DNA of 63,340 bases, the filler included, from Perkinsus chesapeaki ATCC PRA-425 (Eukaryota; Protista; Perkinsozoa), in NCBI GenBank assembly GCA_013115145.1. It is 15 parts of 15 records of this genome, joined end to end, with 100 filler letters (N's around TTAATTAATTAA, not from the genome) between each part and the next. Parts side by side here need not be neighbours in the genome. Positions count along the whole stretch, not along the records: positions 26,128 to 38,285 come from JAAPAO010000823.1; positions 38,386 to 41,383 come from JAAPAO010001482.1; positions 41,484 to 44,702 come from JAAPAO010001448.1; positions 44,803 to 46,032 come from JAAPAO010002089.1; 11 more parts are not named here. One strand, written 5' to 3'. Below, piece by piece: positions 33,770-46,132 of the stretch (position 1 is its first letter; each line of letters begins with the position of its first letter). The notes under the pieces were generated by a model. The model had not been told where the DNA came from, did no database searches, and saw only the letters and a list, made by a program, of their open reading frames with translations. A program made the position numbers and the translations under genes.

Positions 33770-35431
33770 TCATGTAGCTATCCATTCAACACCTAATTCG
33801 CCGCCTAGGCCAAAATCTACATTCCATCCAATCCGACGAGCAGTCGGCTCAACTAGCAGCTTTGTTCGGCCCTTCAATAACCGTTGTAGTGCGTCTCCAA
33901 CACCACTCTGCATGTCACTAACAATACGACCATCAGAAGGCAGACCGTGCACACCAGCCTCGACACTCATTCGGAGGATTGCCTCGGGCCAGTAGTAAGG
34001 TCGAGAAAGACAGGACATGCCCCACATTTGCACAGTGAAGAGTTGGGAGGCGACAGTAGGGGCCAAATGCTCCTCGGTGAGAGCATCCCTCGCCCGGTCG
34101 AAGAGCCGGTGGAGCTGCTCAGCTGGAAGGGAAGGACGTTTAGTACTAGCTGCAATGCCTATCATCAAGGCGACCACAGCACGTGGCTCGGGGCTCGTAG
34201 AAAAACACGAATTAATGGCAGAATGCAGTAGACCAGGAAATACGGGCAAGTCCAATACAGCCAGCGCCCATACACTAGCGCAGGCGTTCCGACACGATAA
34301 CCTTATCTTTGAGCTCGTTAGTAGCGACTTAGCTGCCAGGAGGAAATGGTCAAGATTCTCATCCCAATAGCGCAGGCTGGCAAATGACCACAGTATGTTG
34401 GATATGAGACGACCATCACCGCCGTTGTCTGCAGCAACCAAAGCCTCAGCCTTGGACCGTATCAAAGCCGAGAGCTTCATTAGGGATTTGTGGTGTGGGT
34501 CGACGGCACCATTAAGCGTTGCTGCTAGTGACCACACTACCATACCGAGCTCTTCAGGGCGGACATGAGCGCCGTTAGCAGACCAGAGAGAGATGCGTTG
34601 AAGAGCTACGTTCTCTACAACTCTCCTCACCTGCTGGTTCTCTATATCGGTGATGGAATCCTGCTCCTCGGCAGTCTGTAGTAGCTTGGCCAGGCCCCAG
34701 ACCCCATTTGCCTGAGACTGAGTTCCGGCAGTTCCCTTGGTAAGATGGTGCTGAGCGAGAGCTGCCATGTGGAGTAGTATGCTGGGCGGCAGGCGGACGG
34801 ATTCCAGTGCGCCGAGGGACCATAAAATATTAGAAACGTTTTGCTCTGAAAATGCCGTCGGGCTCCTGGAGACTAACGCTTCCGTTAAATGGGAAACCAC
34901 AGACAGCAGCTGCCCCGGATCTTGGACCGAGTCGGAGAGAGTGGCACAGGCCCAGAGACAGTTGGCAATATGAAGGGATTCGAAGGCATCGAAGGGCAGG
35001 GACAAGATGGCCGACGTAACAACATTGAGAAGTTGCGATAAGTCAACACAGTCGGAAAGTCTGGCGCAGCTCCACAGTGCATTAGACATCACCCGTCCCG
35101 AAGGGCCGCAAACTCCTTCGAGTAGCTGAGCCAAACGGTCCACAGTTGGCTGTAGGAGATCGGTTGATGTAGAGGAATATCGAGCCAATCGATGGAGAGC
35201 TGTAGAGGAGGTAACCACATCAAATGAATGCAATGGTAGGTCGGAATTCCGTATGGTACTTTCAACCTGATAAGCTCGATTATCGACACCGAGCCCTAAC
35301 ACATCTACCTCAGCAAGGCTCTTGGCGGCGGCAATTTGTTGGCTAACTCTGGCCTGCCGTGACATCTTCTTCCTCACTGTAGTGGTCGTGGTAAATCTCC
35401 TCGCCCCGTTGAGCAGCCTAGTTGCATTCAT
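33770..35431 (-). CDS. OPR/FASTK-like helical-repeat RNA-binding protein with probable C-terminal RAP domain, likely mitochondrial
   Basis: Arg/Thr-rich N-terminus. Repeats SNALWSCARL, ANCLWACATL, SNILWSLGAL, ANGVWGLAKL and SNILWSFASL. SDMQSGVGDAL...VDF RAP-like start that probably continues over an intron below 33770. Confidence 0.8.
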   Translation of the reverse strand: MNATRLLNGARRFTTTTTVRKKMSRQARVSQQIAAAKSLAEVDVLGLGVDNRAYQVESTIRNSDLPLHSFDVVTSSTALHRLARYSSTSTDLLQPTVDRLAQLLEGVCGPSGRVMSNALWSCARLSDCVDLSQLLNVVTSAILSLPFDAFESLHIANCLWACATLSDSVQDPGQLLSVVSHLTEALVSRSPTAFSEQNVSNILWSLGALESVRLPPSILLHMAALAQHHLTKGTAGTQSQANGVWGLAKLLQTAEEQDSITDIENQQVRRVVENVALQRISLWSANGAHVRPEELGMVVWSLAATLNGAVDPHHKSLMKLSALIRSKAEALVAADNGGDGRLISNILWSFASLRYWDENLDHFLLAAKSLLTSSKIRLSCRNACASVWALAVLDLPVFPGLLHSAINSCFSTSPEPRAVVALMIGIAASTKRPSLPAEQLHRLFDRARDALTEEHLAPTVASQLFTVQMWGMSCLSRPYYWPEAILRMSVEAGVHGLPSDGRIVSDMQSGVGDALQRLLKGRTKLLVEPTARRIGWNVDFGLGGELGVEWIAT

Positions 35432-35881
35432 AATAGCCTAAGATGATCTGAACTACCGGTGAGCAGATTCTTTCCGCCAACAAGGAGGCGGTGGGAGGCT
35501 GCTCGAGTCTGGATATTCCAAGATTGAGATGAATTGTGTTGGAATGATCCATCGGCCTTCCACAGGTCAGCTCGACACCTAACTCATTAATGCGTCATAC
35601 ACTATTAAAACTATTAATCAACGAATTTTTTTCGTTAGTTTTCTTACAAAAATTTACTTGCCCGCCAACACCGGGAATTGAATGCAGTAAAATTAACATC
35701 CTTTCCCGAAAAATCGCATATATTCCAACACTTCAACTTTTACTGTATCAACTCAAATCTAGGATAACCTGAAACATCTAATTAACCTCTACAGAAACTG
35801 TTCATGCTCTCGGAGCTGGTGGTGGAGGAGGAGGCCTAACTGATGCCGGTGGGGGTGGCGGTTTAGATTTCACAGTGGACT

Positions 35882-35925
35882 AAAAATGACAAGCGTGGGA
35901 ATCGAACCTGGGACCTTCGGGGTTT
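35882..35925 (-). other. tRNA-derived 3' fragment (B box plus T run)
   Basis: CCGAAGGTCCCAGGTTCGATTCCCACGCTTGTCATTTTT on the minus strand; no cloverleaf. Confidence 0.45.
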
Positions 35926-37695
35926 ACATTGATGACCACGAACGTCTTGGGGTTGCTGCCTAGTCCAAATCCTCCCTCTCTGCCCTGTGTTGACGTCATA
36001 CCGACTTCACCGCCCTGAAAATAGGAAGCTGTGGTCAGTAGAAGGGGGACGTTTCATGCTACTGAGGTACATCTACTGGTACGTCGACAAATAGATACCG
36101 AAGGTTTCACATTAAACCTCTTAATTGGTTGATTTGGAACGATGTCGTCATAAGAGAATAACAAATGCAATTGATGCTCCCTTTTGGACTAGAGACATAT
36201 CTCTCATCTAAGTGTTCATTGTACCAGAGCATTGACAACATATTCGATCCCTGCCGATAGAATTAATAGAGGATTTCTTCAACATTTTTGAAGGTATAAA
36301 TCCCTATTACAATAGTATGTTTAACATAGACTGTCCCATCCAAAATGTTCCTCGTATAAGCCCATACGTAGTTGTCATCCAACGGCTTGAACCCATCGCT
36401 TGCATATGGGTCTCGACGCTTCGCTCCTGAGAATCGCTGTGGTAAGATACACATCGGAATTTCTGATGGAATTTCCGTTCTAAGTGAACCTCGAAGTGAA
36501 TCTATGTGGGATTTGAAATCGGCGTTTGTCGGAGGAAACAAAGGATTCGCCATGTCGTGACCCCGAGGACACTACCTAACTCATCCACTAATGTACTTCG
36601 CCTTGCAAAACGCCTGATGGATGTTCGCACGTTAGTTAGCATTTATGCAAGAGACTGAAAAGGAGTATGGAGCTTCGACAGTGGAAGCCATCAATTTCGA
36701 AAAGTTCGATAACCCAGGGAAAGAATCCATGACGGTATTTGGCAATATAAAGATACCAAATTAATACCGCAAAATGGACAAGGCCCGAAGGAAGGCTGCT
36801 AGAGTGCACTATCGAGAATCAGCTTTGAAGTACACCCATACGGAAAGGGAGTTGCCGGTAGTTGGCTTGAAGATGCCAGTTCCAACAGAATAAAAGACAA
36901 GGCTGCTAAGAATGGCAATCACTTCCAAATCCGGTGAAGAGAGCTCGCTGCTGGCAGGACCATATAATGACGTTATCAATCGACAGGAGGGCGCTGTGCG
37001 CGGTCCGAAGCACCGGGCGTGCGCCATTAGTCAGCGCAAGATTCTAAAAACGGTGAAACTACTGAAACGGTTGGATACTACTGGACGTCTGTATTTGATT
37101 AGATAAATACTAGTGGTTGGAGTTGAGAGACTCTAGGTTGTTGGAACTAGATAGTTGGAACTACTAGCGTGTCTAGGAACTAGTTATCTGGTTCTAAGAC
37201 TACTTGGTCTGTTCTCGACTTAGTGATTGCACTAGAGAATTGATACTACTAACACTTGATTAACTATGGTTTTGGGTTAACTAGTTTCGAGATATTAGTA
37301 GTAAGGATTGCTAGGATTCGGTTCTTCCACGGGCCTAGGCGCCAGCGTTCGGCGGCGCTTACTACAGCTCTTTTCCCTTTACCTCTTTACTATTATATAC
37401 CTAGGCGCTCCCGCGCCCCGGCCCGCGCAGCTGCCCTAAAAGCATGTGCATGCGTGCATCTTAAGCTGCACGCGTGCACATGTAGGCGGAATTGTGACAG
37501 AGAAATTGAGCCAATCGATTTTAGAGTGAGTTCTTGCCCCGTGTCGATATACTAGTTCCCAATGGCTTTGCTCTCGCAGTTGCATTAAGGCTGTTCAGAG
37601 GAGATTGCTTATCTTCGTCGTGATTATTGTCTCCTACACAAGTGATCCGAAGGGTATCAAGCTACTTTGAGTCCATAAGTGTTGGTTATAACGGT

Positions 37696-38154
37696 ATGAA
37701 GAAACATCTCTCGAAACCCTGGCTATCAACAGCAAGTAAGCAGCTTGTTGTTCTGGTGATTCTCGCGTATCAAATGGTGGTAGTGAAGGCAGAGATATAT
37801 GGCGTGACATATGCAAACAGATTGGTGATACTCTGTCACGAGGGCCATGATGCTATATTTGCTCTGCCTGAGCGTCATCAGAAGTACATGCTTACTTCCA
37901 CTATGACCAGTTATCCATCTTTTTCCACTAGATTTGACTTTCATTGGACTGAGGAAGATCGGGTTACTCTTATTCAAGAGCTGAACACATTGTCAATCTT
38001 TCAATTTCCCGTAGCGGCCGACGGTCTACGTGATTTGATCTTTGATAACACTTATGCCTTACTGCATATAGCTGAAGGTCGTATGGTCAGTGGTTCACGT
38101 CTTAGTGCTGCTGATGCAGCCTGGTGGTGTATGAGATTGCGGTGTGAAGAGTAG
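37696..38154 (+). CDS. Hypothetical small secreted protein
   Basis: 153-codon intronless frame; hydrophobic LVVLVILAYQMVVVKA segment near the N-terminus. Confidence 0.5.
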   Translation: MKKHLSKPWLSTASKQLVVLVILAYQMVVVKAEIYGVTYANRLVILCHEGHDAIFALPERHQKYMLTSTMTSYPSFSTRFDFHWTEEDRVTLIQELNTLSIFQFPVAADGLRDLIFDNTYALLHIAEGRMVSGSRLSAADAAWWCMRLRCEE

Positions 38155-38724
38155 TCCAGTAGAGTGGTGTGTTAAACGTGCTACTCCCATTCTACACCTT
38201 TTCAATCTCAAATTCGTCAAACAAAAGTTTCAAATCACTGAACGAAAGTCATTATTAGACGAATGAAATTCAGAGTTCGTAGCTANNNNNNNNNNNNNNN
38301 NNNNNNNNNNNNNNNNNNNNNNNNNNNNNTTAATTAATTAANNNNNNNNNNNNNNNNNNNNNNNNNNNNNNNNNNNNNNNNNNNNATTTTCCAAAACAAT
38401 GTGAGTCTCACATTGTGACTCAGAGATGAGAGATCAACCACCTGAAGTATCCTGCTTCGAGCAACAAAACGACTCGTTGCGAATCGCAACTTGCGATCAC
38501 AAATCGCATGTTTAAATATAATGTAGGTTGTAAAGATTGGAACGTGAATCCTGTTCACTAATTTCGATCGAAAATTGAGCTCTGCGATTTACTTCGGGCA
38601 GTACAGTATACTGTATGTTAGTATGAATCACGTAGTACATGTTACTACTATGTTACTAAATATTGCTAATATTCTTTTCCAACGCGAAAACACAACGATA
38701 GAATAGTTATTTTAATGTGATTGC

Positions 38725-38794
38725 TAGCTAAGTTGGAAATTATTCAAGCATCGTGATCCGAAGGTCGCGGGTCCGATTCCGTGGTATTCCTTTT
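38725..38794 (+). other. Degenerate tRNA-derived element
   Basis: TAGCTAAGTTGG A box, GAAGGTCGCGGGTCCGATTCC B-box-like region, TTTT. Confidence 0.45.
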
Positions 38795-41258
38795 GTGAGG
38801 ACTCTTGATTACTCCAAGTTTCTTGCATATGCGGTAACTTCTCGTTTTCAGAGCTGTTTGCATTGCTAACCGGTCCCGACGTGGGCAGTTTCCGGGTCGA
38901 ACGTAGACAAACCGCTAGGGGGATGAATATGAAGGTTGTACGCGGGCCTTCGGCCCGCTTTTTCCTCAGAAGTGATGCTATGGGTCTTTAAGGCATGGCC
39001 GTGGCTGGCCATGCTCTAATACCATCCCTAGTGGCATCATATGCCATTACTGCACTAGAGCCCCTTCTGCGCGCGTGGTCACCGATTTTGTGCAAGTTGC
39101 ATGAAGCTTTTCTTGAGGAAATGTAAGATTAGATAGAGCTCAAGATTGGGATAAACCGATTCGGCGGAGTGCCCTCTGACATCGAAAGGCCCTTGGTACT
39201 GAAGCTTTGTACAAGTGAGTCTAATATTGTCGATTCTCGATTGCTTTTTCTTGTCAGTCCCTATGTAAAACCCGAATGGCACTAGTTGTTGGAACCGAGT
39301 TAGTTCACATTTTTACAGGATGAAGTCAAGAGTGTTTGGAGGAGATTCCGCCTCGGACAGTTGCTCGGATATAACTGAGCATAATAGCCGTGCGGGCATG
39401 GTGGGCCTTGTGAAGGGTGCGCTAAGGTAGATGTGCTGTTGGATTAGAGTAGTAGATGGGGAGCTAATGCTGCTTCGGTGGTCAGGGCATTATTATGGCT
39501 TCAAGCGAATGCTACATTTGCCGTCAACCAGTTAAACTAATCGCTAAGTTGGGCCGTAGAGCTCTGCCGCGGACGACCAGTACGACCAGTGCAGTGAGCC
39601 GCCAGGTGTCGGATATGAGCACCGACAACTACCCGGCGGAGGTGGTGGGGCCGGACAAACTTTATCATCTTCGAAGTCGCCAGATGGGCTTTATGGAACC
39701 CTCCGAGTCGACCAATTGCACACATCTTGTCTTCAATCCCGGCGACGTGCCGGCTCCACAGTTAATGGGGACACCTGCGGTTGCTCATGAGGCATCCCAG
39801 CTCTGGTGATATGGTCGACTCAACCAGCGGCGGCAACGCTATCCCTCAGCGGTTGTCAAGTACAGTGGCGGCGAGCTCGCCTGGTGTAGATGACAGTATT
39901 GATCTGGGAGCCCCGCATACCGAGGTCCGAGCCGTCTTTGTGGCGACATTAGACCCGCGGGGCATGCCTAGGCCACCACCTAGTTTGCCGACGGGTAAGC
40001 TGGTTGGTTTTATGTAGCGAGTGGAACTGGAATTAATGGGAAGCATCGGGGAAAGGTAAAAAACTCATTCCGGTCGATTACGTTGTGTGTTGATATAAAG
40101 ATTTAGATCTGCCCGAATGCGCCACATGTGACATTTCGACCACGTTAGTTCTGGTTGGTGGAGTGAGTAATGAGCAAACTGAAGTCACCTCTGAAGTCTT
40201 CTGAATTTAATGATATTCGTGGAACTCTATGGCAATTGCTTGGCGATGGTCCATGCTTTATGATGCTTCGTAATGTTTAGTTGTGCAGTATATACAGTGG
40301 TTCGTAATTAAATACTCTTAAACCTATCATATGTGATAGGATCATCAATATATGAAAACAGCCTATGTGTTAGACTATGCAAACAATGCAGAGCAGAGTA
40401 TCTGTGTACAGTCCGCCTATATTGATATAACTATTAATGTGTATTAAATACAATATTATTATAGAATATCATGTTCAAGTGCTTGAATATGATGTAAACG
40501 TTAGGGTATTCTTAAGGGTAATCGATATTGACTATGTAAGAAATCTCCTGAACATTAAACACATGAAAAGCGTATGAATATCTATCATTCGGGCTCCTCC
40601 TCGTCCTCCCTCTCAGGTGCGGCTGAGACTGTTGTTGTCGGTGGTCCCTCTCTTTCCGTGACGGGAGGGATAGAATCTAGGGCAGTCTGGTGAGTTCTAA
40701 TGGGCAACCCGAGTGAGAGCAAAGTCCTAGTGAATCACCGCCAGCGATGATGTCAATGCCACCCCCGAGGGCTAGTGCCCGAATTCAGAAGAGCGCCGCC
40801 GCTGCCTACCTTTCAAGGGCACCAGCTGCATCAGTTCATCTTCTTCTGGATCTCCAGTCCGATCCTGTAAATTGATCGAACTTGTTCTAACGTGTTCCAA
40901 TCGTTTGTTTCAACTTGAAGTGGAATACCATTTCGACTATTCTAAACTAATGAGTTTCCCTGTCTATTTAGCCGTCTAGTGTGAGTGAATCAATAGTGTT
41001 ACTGGGATAGATCGTTAGTTTGAAATGAGTCAACAGTTTATTCAGATTTCCTTTGTTGCATTCCCAACAGCTGTCTGAGATTTGTACACTGTTGCACAGT
41101 GCCACTGGCACTTGATGGATTATATAAGGATGCTACAGAATATATATAAGGAATCCTTATTAAGGGTCATTTGCAGGACGAGGGGTAAAGTAATTATATC
41201 GTTTTAATTACTAGGAGCCAGCTAGTAGGTGGGGTAATTGAGCAGCTCAACTTGAGCC

Positions 41259-41383
41259 TAGTGATGGACCTTCTTCGGATTAAAAATATTCGTTACACAG
41301 TTGAGCCCATCCTTAGTGATGGACCTTCTTCGGATTAAAAATATTCGTTACACAGTTGAGCCCATCCTTAGTGATGGACCTTC
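41259..41383. repeat. 55-bp tandem repeat running into the contig end
   Basis: TAGTGATGGACCTTC... starts at 41259, 41314 and 41369. Confidence 0.93.
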
Positions 41384-41967
41384 NNNNNNNNNNNNNNNNN
41401 NNNNNNNNNNNNNNNNNNNNNNNNNNNTTAATTAATTAANNNNNNNNNNNNNNNNNNNNNNNNNNNNNNNNNNNNNNNNNNNNCTAGTCGAAGAGAAGAC
41501 CGAACCAGATGAAGAGGAGTTGTTTGATAAGGTTCGCGAATCTAGGGTGCTCGCCGAAGTGTAATTTGATTCTGGGTTCTCAGGATCGAATATATGGTGG
41601 AATGCAGCCCTCTGGTAGTATTCCAGCTCAGTCATTCATAGAACAAGTTCGTCCACTAGCGGATGATTACAGAGTGTTCCTGGACCCGCAAGTGCACCAC
41701 CTAACCTAAACGCAGCGCAACCATGGCACGGCGCATCGCGCCTGCGGGCGAATAGTTCGCCTGCGGAAAAACAGGGTCTCAAGTACACCGGCCCTCAAGA
41801 GACAGATAGCGATAGATGCAAGACCATCGGCGACCTCGGATGGTAGCCGGAATTACTCGATTCATCGCGAAGTCTTTCACAAACAGGAGGGGAGGAGCAC
41901 GCACGCCAGCAGCAGTAGACTGCTGTTCCCTGGTCGTCTAGGTTCCATCTTTGTTAGTTTTTTAGCA

Positions 41968-43200
41968 ATGAATCATTTTGCTTTCATCATCCTGTTCGCT
42001 CGCACCCTCGCCGAAGACCCTGTGGAAGACTTGTGAGCTCCCTACTGTGCGTACCTGCATATGTTGTATTATAGGTCCGCCGAAATCCGTGCCTCTGGTT
42101 ATCCTACATCAATTGGCGGTATGTATCTAATCGGATTAGCTCTCATTTCGTTGCAGGTCATTACGAGAAGCCAATCGGCCTCTGTACTACGTATCATGAC
42201 GTAGTCACTGATTGCAGCTGTGTGTGTGGTTCCGAGCCAAGAACATTTACTAAGGTGGGTGTAATCTCGGACGCTTCATCTCTGTAAGCTACCCTCAGAA
42301 CGGCTACTCAGTAGGAGCAGTGTGCGCGCCCCGTACCTGCTTATCTTTTGCCGATTGCCCCCCTGGTCCACAAGGTAGTCGTACACTGTGCGCAGCTGAT
42401 CGGAGATGCTACCTTTCATGCCACAAGGTGGGTATTACCGCTTCAGGAAGCCACACCGCATATCTTTTTAGGATTTCAACTGTCCTTGGCCGGCTCGGTG
42501 CGAACCTGACAGAATACTTGGCAATATATGTTACTTCCCACAATGGCGGGAGTAACCGCTTCGCGCACCAGCGATGCATGTTCGTCGCAGATTTTTTACT
42601 GATAAATAACAACATATTCAGTCGCCTCCCGCGAGCAGAAGATAAGGTTCCTGACCATGTCTTTATACTCTGTTGTGATTTACAACGTAAAGGTCACAGA
42701 GAGTCCATTGCGGAACATCTCATCCTGTCCTTCGCTACAGATTACTGCAATGATTTCTATAATCCGCTTGATGGTATTCATACCGTCTATTTTCGAGTTT
42801 CCACCAGAATGTTGTTAAAGGCTACTTTTCCATTACCTACCGTACCTTCGTTAACAAGATGGAGTTCACAGTTTAGCTTCCGTTTCGCGCATCAACCAAT
42901 GGCGGCCCTCCCTGTTATATCCTTAATTTTAGCAGCTTCTCTGCTGTTCACTCTAGTAGACGCGTTAGGCATGGTTGCCGAGTAAGGAAGATCAGCAAGT
43001 GCTCGTGATGACTGCCCGCCCGTGGTTAGTTACCAATTGCCTTACCCTCGCTGGGGAGACGCCTTGAATCGTGGAAGTAGGATCAGCCAACGACTCTTCC
43101 TACTCATGTTTCAGGTGACTATGAACGTCCTCGAGGAGTGTGCACTTATCAAGCCAACGGAGTTGTGACCGGTTGCTCCTGTTTGTCATCTGAAACTGAT
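41968..43200 (+). CDS. Cluster of small multi-exon Cys-rich secreted-protein genes
   Basis: Signal-like starts MNHFAFIILFARTLA (41968) and MAALPVISLILAASLLFTLVDA (42899). Short exons HYEKP, CAPRTCLSFADCPPGP and CTYQANGVVTGCSC between GT-AG introns. Exon chains not fully resolved. Confidence 0.45.
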
Positions 43201-44802
43201 CCTGTTGTTAACATTCACGTAGGTAGCCCGACTTGTTGCTTCCGGAAATATATCCTCATCAGAATGGCTACTCCACTGGAGCTGTATGTGCTCCGCGCAG
43301 AATGTTCACAACATGCCCAATCCGGTCCTTGATTAAGACGTACGTCAAGGTCGATGGCCGATGTTACACCAGCTGCACAGGAGTAGGGGGAAAGCTGGTC
43401 TCTATTCTATTGTCACTTCTCAGGATAGGAGCTGCAATTGGCCAAGTCGCTGTGAAAATAACGCTGTGCTCGGGGAAGTCTGTTTTTACCCTCAATGGGC
43501 GGACTGACACAATCTGTCCCCATCTTTCCATCATTCTTCCCTGTCTGTCGCGGCCGTAGTTGGTCTAATATACTTAACGTTTAAACAACGCCACTTCGTT
43601 GCTTCCATCTGCGTCGAGGCTCTATGAGAGATGGGCCACAGCGACGCCACCTTTATTTTCGAATGTTGTACCAACACTACCACAACTTACGTGGTTAGCT
43701 CTTCATCCACTAGTCTTCTATTACTAGATTATTGTATCCAGCAAAAAAGTATATTTTTCATATTTTTAATGAGTAAAATCAACGAGCCTCGTCGGACAAG
43801 GACGCAAGAGACATCACCGGTACAGGATGATCTTAGCAATTCAAAACTGAAAACTACACTGGATCGAGAGTTGTGCGAGAGAGGCGTTGGCCTCAAATGC
43901 TTATGCAAAGGATTGGCGGGTAGGCCTGCCGAGCGAGAAGCCTGAAGTAGCTCTAAGATACGAGTTATTGCCGACAAACTCTACATCCGAGTGTATAGCT
44001 AATCAGGCTCGTCATTCAGGAATCCGGGCCACCTTAGGTGGCGTTCACCGAACGCCCCCCGTAGGGAAAGGGAACCCCGATCGCCTACTGTGCAGCACCC
44101 TATCAACTCATCACGCGATGCCCCCTCATGAAGGAATAGTGCCACCGCTATTTGTCATCAATGGGGAGTCGCAGGTAATGTCACATTACTAATGTGATGG
44201 GTATATCCGAGCATTGCGCCGGACATGAGCCGATCCAGTCAAACTATGGCAAGTCCATTTCTAATCCAATCCAGAGGACCTCAACATATAGACACGACAG
44301 GCATTTAGGAAATATGGAGAAGCAACGTTCATCAATAGTCGATTAACCAACAGGGCTCGAGCCGACACGTCCTCTTAGAGCACTGCTCTATCTACTTCTA
44401 AGTCATATTGAAAACGTCTGCTACTGCAAGTATTCAAGCTCCAACGCTGCAACGGGACAGTCACCCAAGAAAGCACCTCTTTCAGCGTCGTAGACAGCGA
44501 CTTTTCATTGAGAGCCCCACGGACCCTGCCACGGCCAGTGAGCCCGGGTGAAGAGTCTTTCCTGCGTTGTACCATCAGCTGATGTCCACAAGCCTACGAA
44601 GCCAGGATCTATTTTCACAAGACAGTATAAGGCAGTGACTGGCGCGAAGTGCGCCTGTAAGCCAGGGGGAACCCAGTTGTCTCGGCTTTATTCAGGGAGT
44701 CTNNNNNNNNNNNNNNNNNNNNNNNNNNNNNNNNNNNNNNNNNNNNTTAATTAATTAANNNNNNNNNNNNNNNNNNNNNNNNNNNNNNNNNNNNNNNNNN
44801 NN

Positions 44803-46032
44803 ATAATATATTCTTATAAGTATAAATAGATATAGTATATTATATGATAATTATTACCTGTGATATAGATATTCTTATATAAATATAACTTATGATTAAT
44901 AATATAATACTAAATATGATATAATACCTTAAGTTATAAATATTATAATGTAATATCACTAATATCAATTTAATAGATTATAAATAGATTACCATATATA
45001 TATTATACCTCATTAAACTACAGATTAATATAAATATTATTATATTATGTATTATTTATAACTAGTATATCATATATCTGATATTAATATATAATATAGA
45101 TAAGGCTAAGAATAGATATAATATTATATTAGCTATAACTCTATATTATTAACAATTAATATATATAACAATTTATAGTACATATTATATTATCAGATAT
45201 TATACTATATTTATAAATATTTAGATATATATTATAATTTAATATAAATTATTTAATTAAGTCTATATAATATTAACACACTGCTAGATAATATAATTAA
45301 TTCCATAATATTGCATATCTTTAATAAATATTCTATATAAATTATATAATATAAAGTACTGCCATTAATATAAATAAGTTAATATAGTATATAATATAAA
45401 TAATGTATTCTATAGCTTATATTATTAATTATAAGGTAATAAATCTAATGATATTTATAATGTTAATATATCCCTAAATAATATAAATTATATACTAGTG
45501 GCATATAGATATAATATACATAATACCATTAATAGATATATTTAACATATTATTATATTCTCATCTATAGCTAATATAATATATTGTATTAGAGCACTGC
45601 TTATAGATTAAATTATATTATAAATAGCAGTGCTAAATATATTATTCTTTATACTTTATATATATTAATAATACACTGTTATCTTTATATTGTATATATT
45701 ACATTTATAACTATTAAATAAGTAATAATCTATATTTTATTATAATTATCATATTAGATATAAATATAAATATGTACTTTTAATAATATATTATAATAAA
45801 GTTGAAATAGATAATAATCATAAACATATATATAATACCCTATAATATATAAATAGTGCCCCTATAATACCATAAATATATATAAATAAGGGGCACTGAT
45901 AAATATATAAATAATCCCTAGTTATAAATATAATAATATAATGAGATGCTAATATATATATAATCTAGTGATATCTAATAATATAAATTAATATAAAATA
46001 CAGATATAATACTAGCTATAATATTAATAATA
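44803..46032. other. Extremely AT-rich contig, possibly organellar (mitochondrial) non-coding DNA
   Basis: Sampled lines have 8-15 G+C per 60 nt; no ORF of 60 aa or more; isolated GC-rich inverted repeats. Confidence 0.45.
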
Positions 46033-46132
46033 NNNNNNNNNNNNNNNNNNNNNNNNNNNNNNNNNNNNNNNNNNNNTTAATTAATTAANNNNNNNNNNNN
46101 NNNNNNNNNNNNNNNNNNNNNNNNNNNNNNNN

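Noticed and set aside
38942-38963. Bacterial intrinsic terminator implying contamination
   Set aside because: No operon-like coding density in the contig; a lone hairpin plus T run is insufficient.
39028-39060. Hairpin plus CTAG as a Helitron 3' end
   Set aside because: CTAG is followed by A rather than T, and no Helitron 5' end or Rep/helicase is present.
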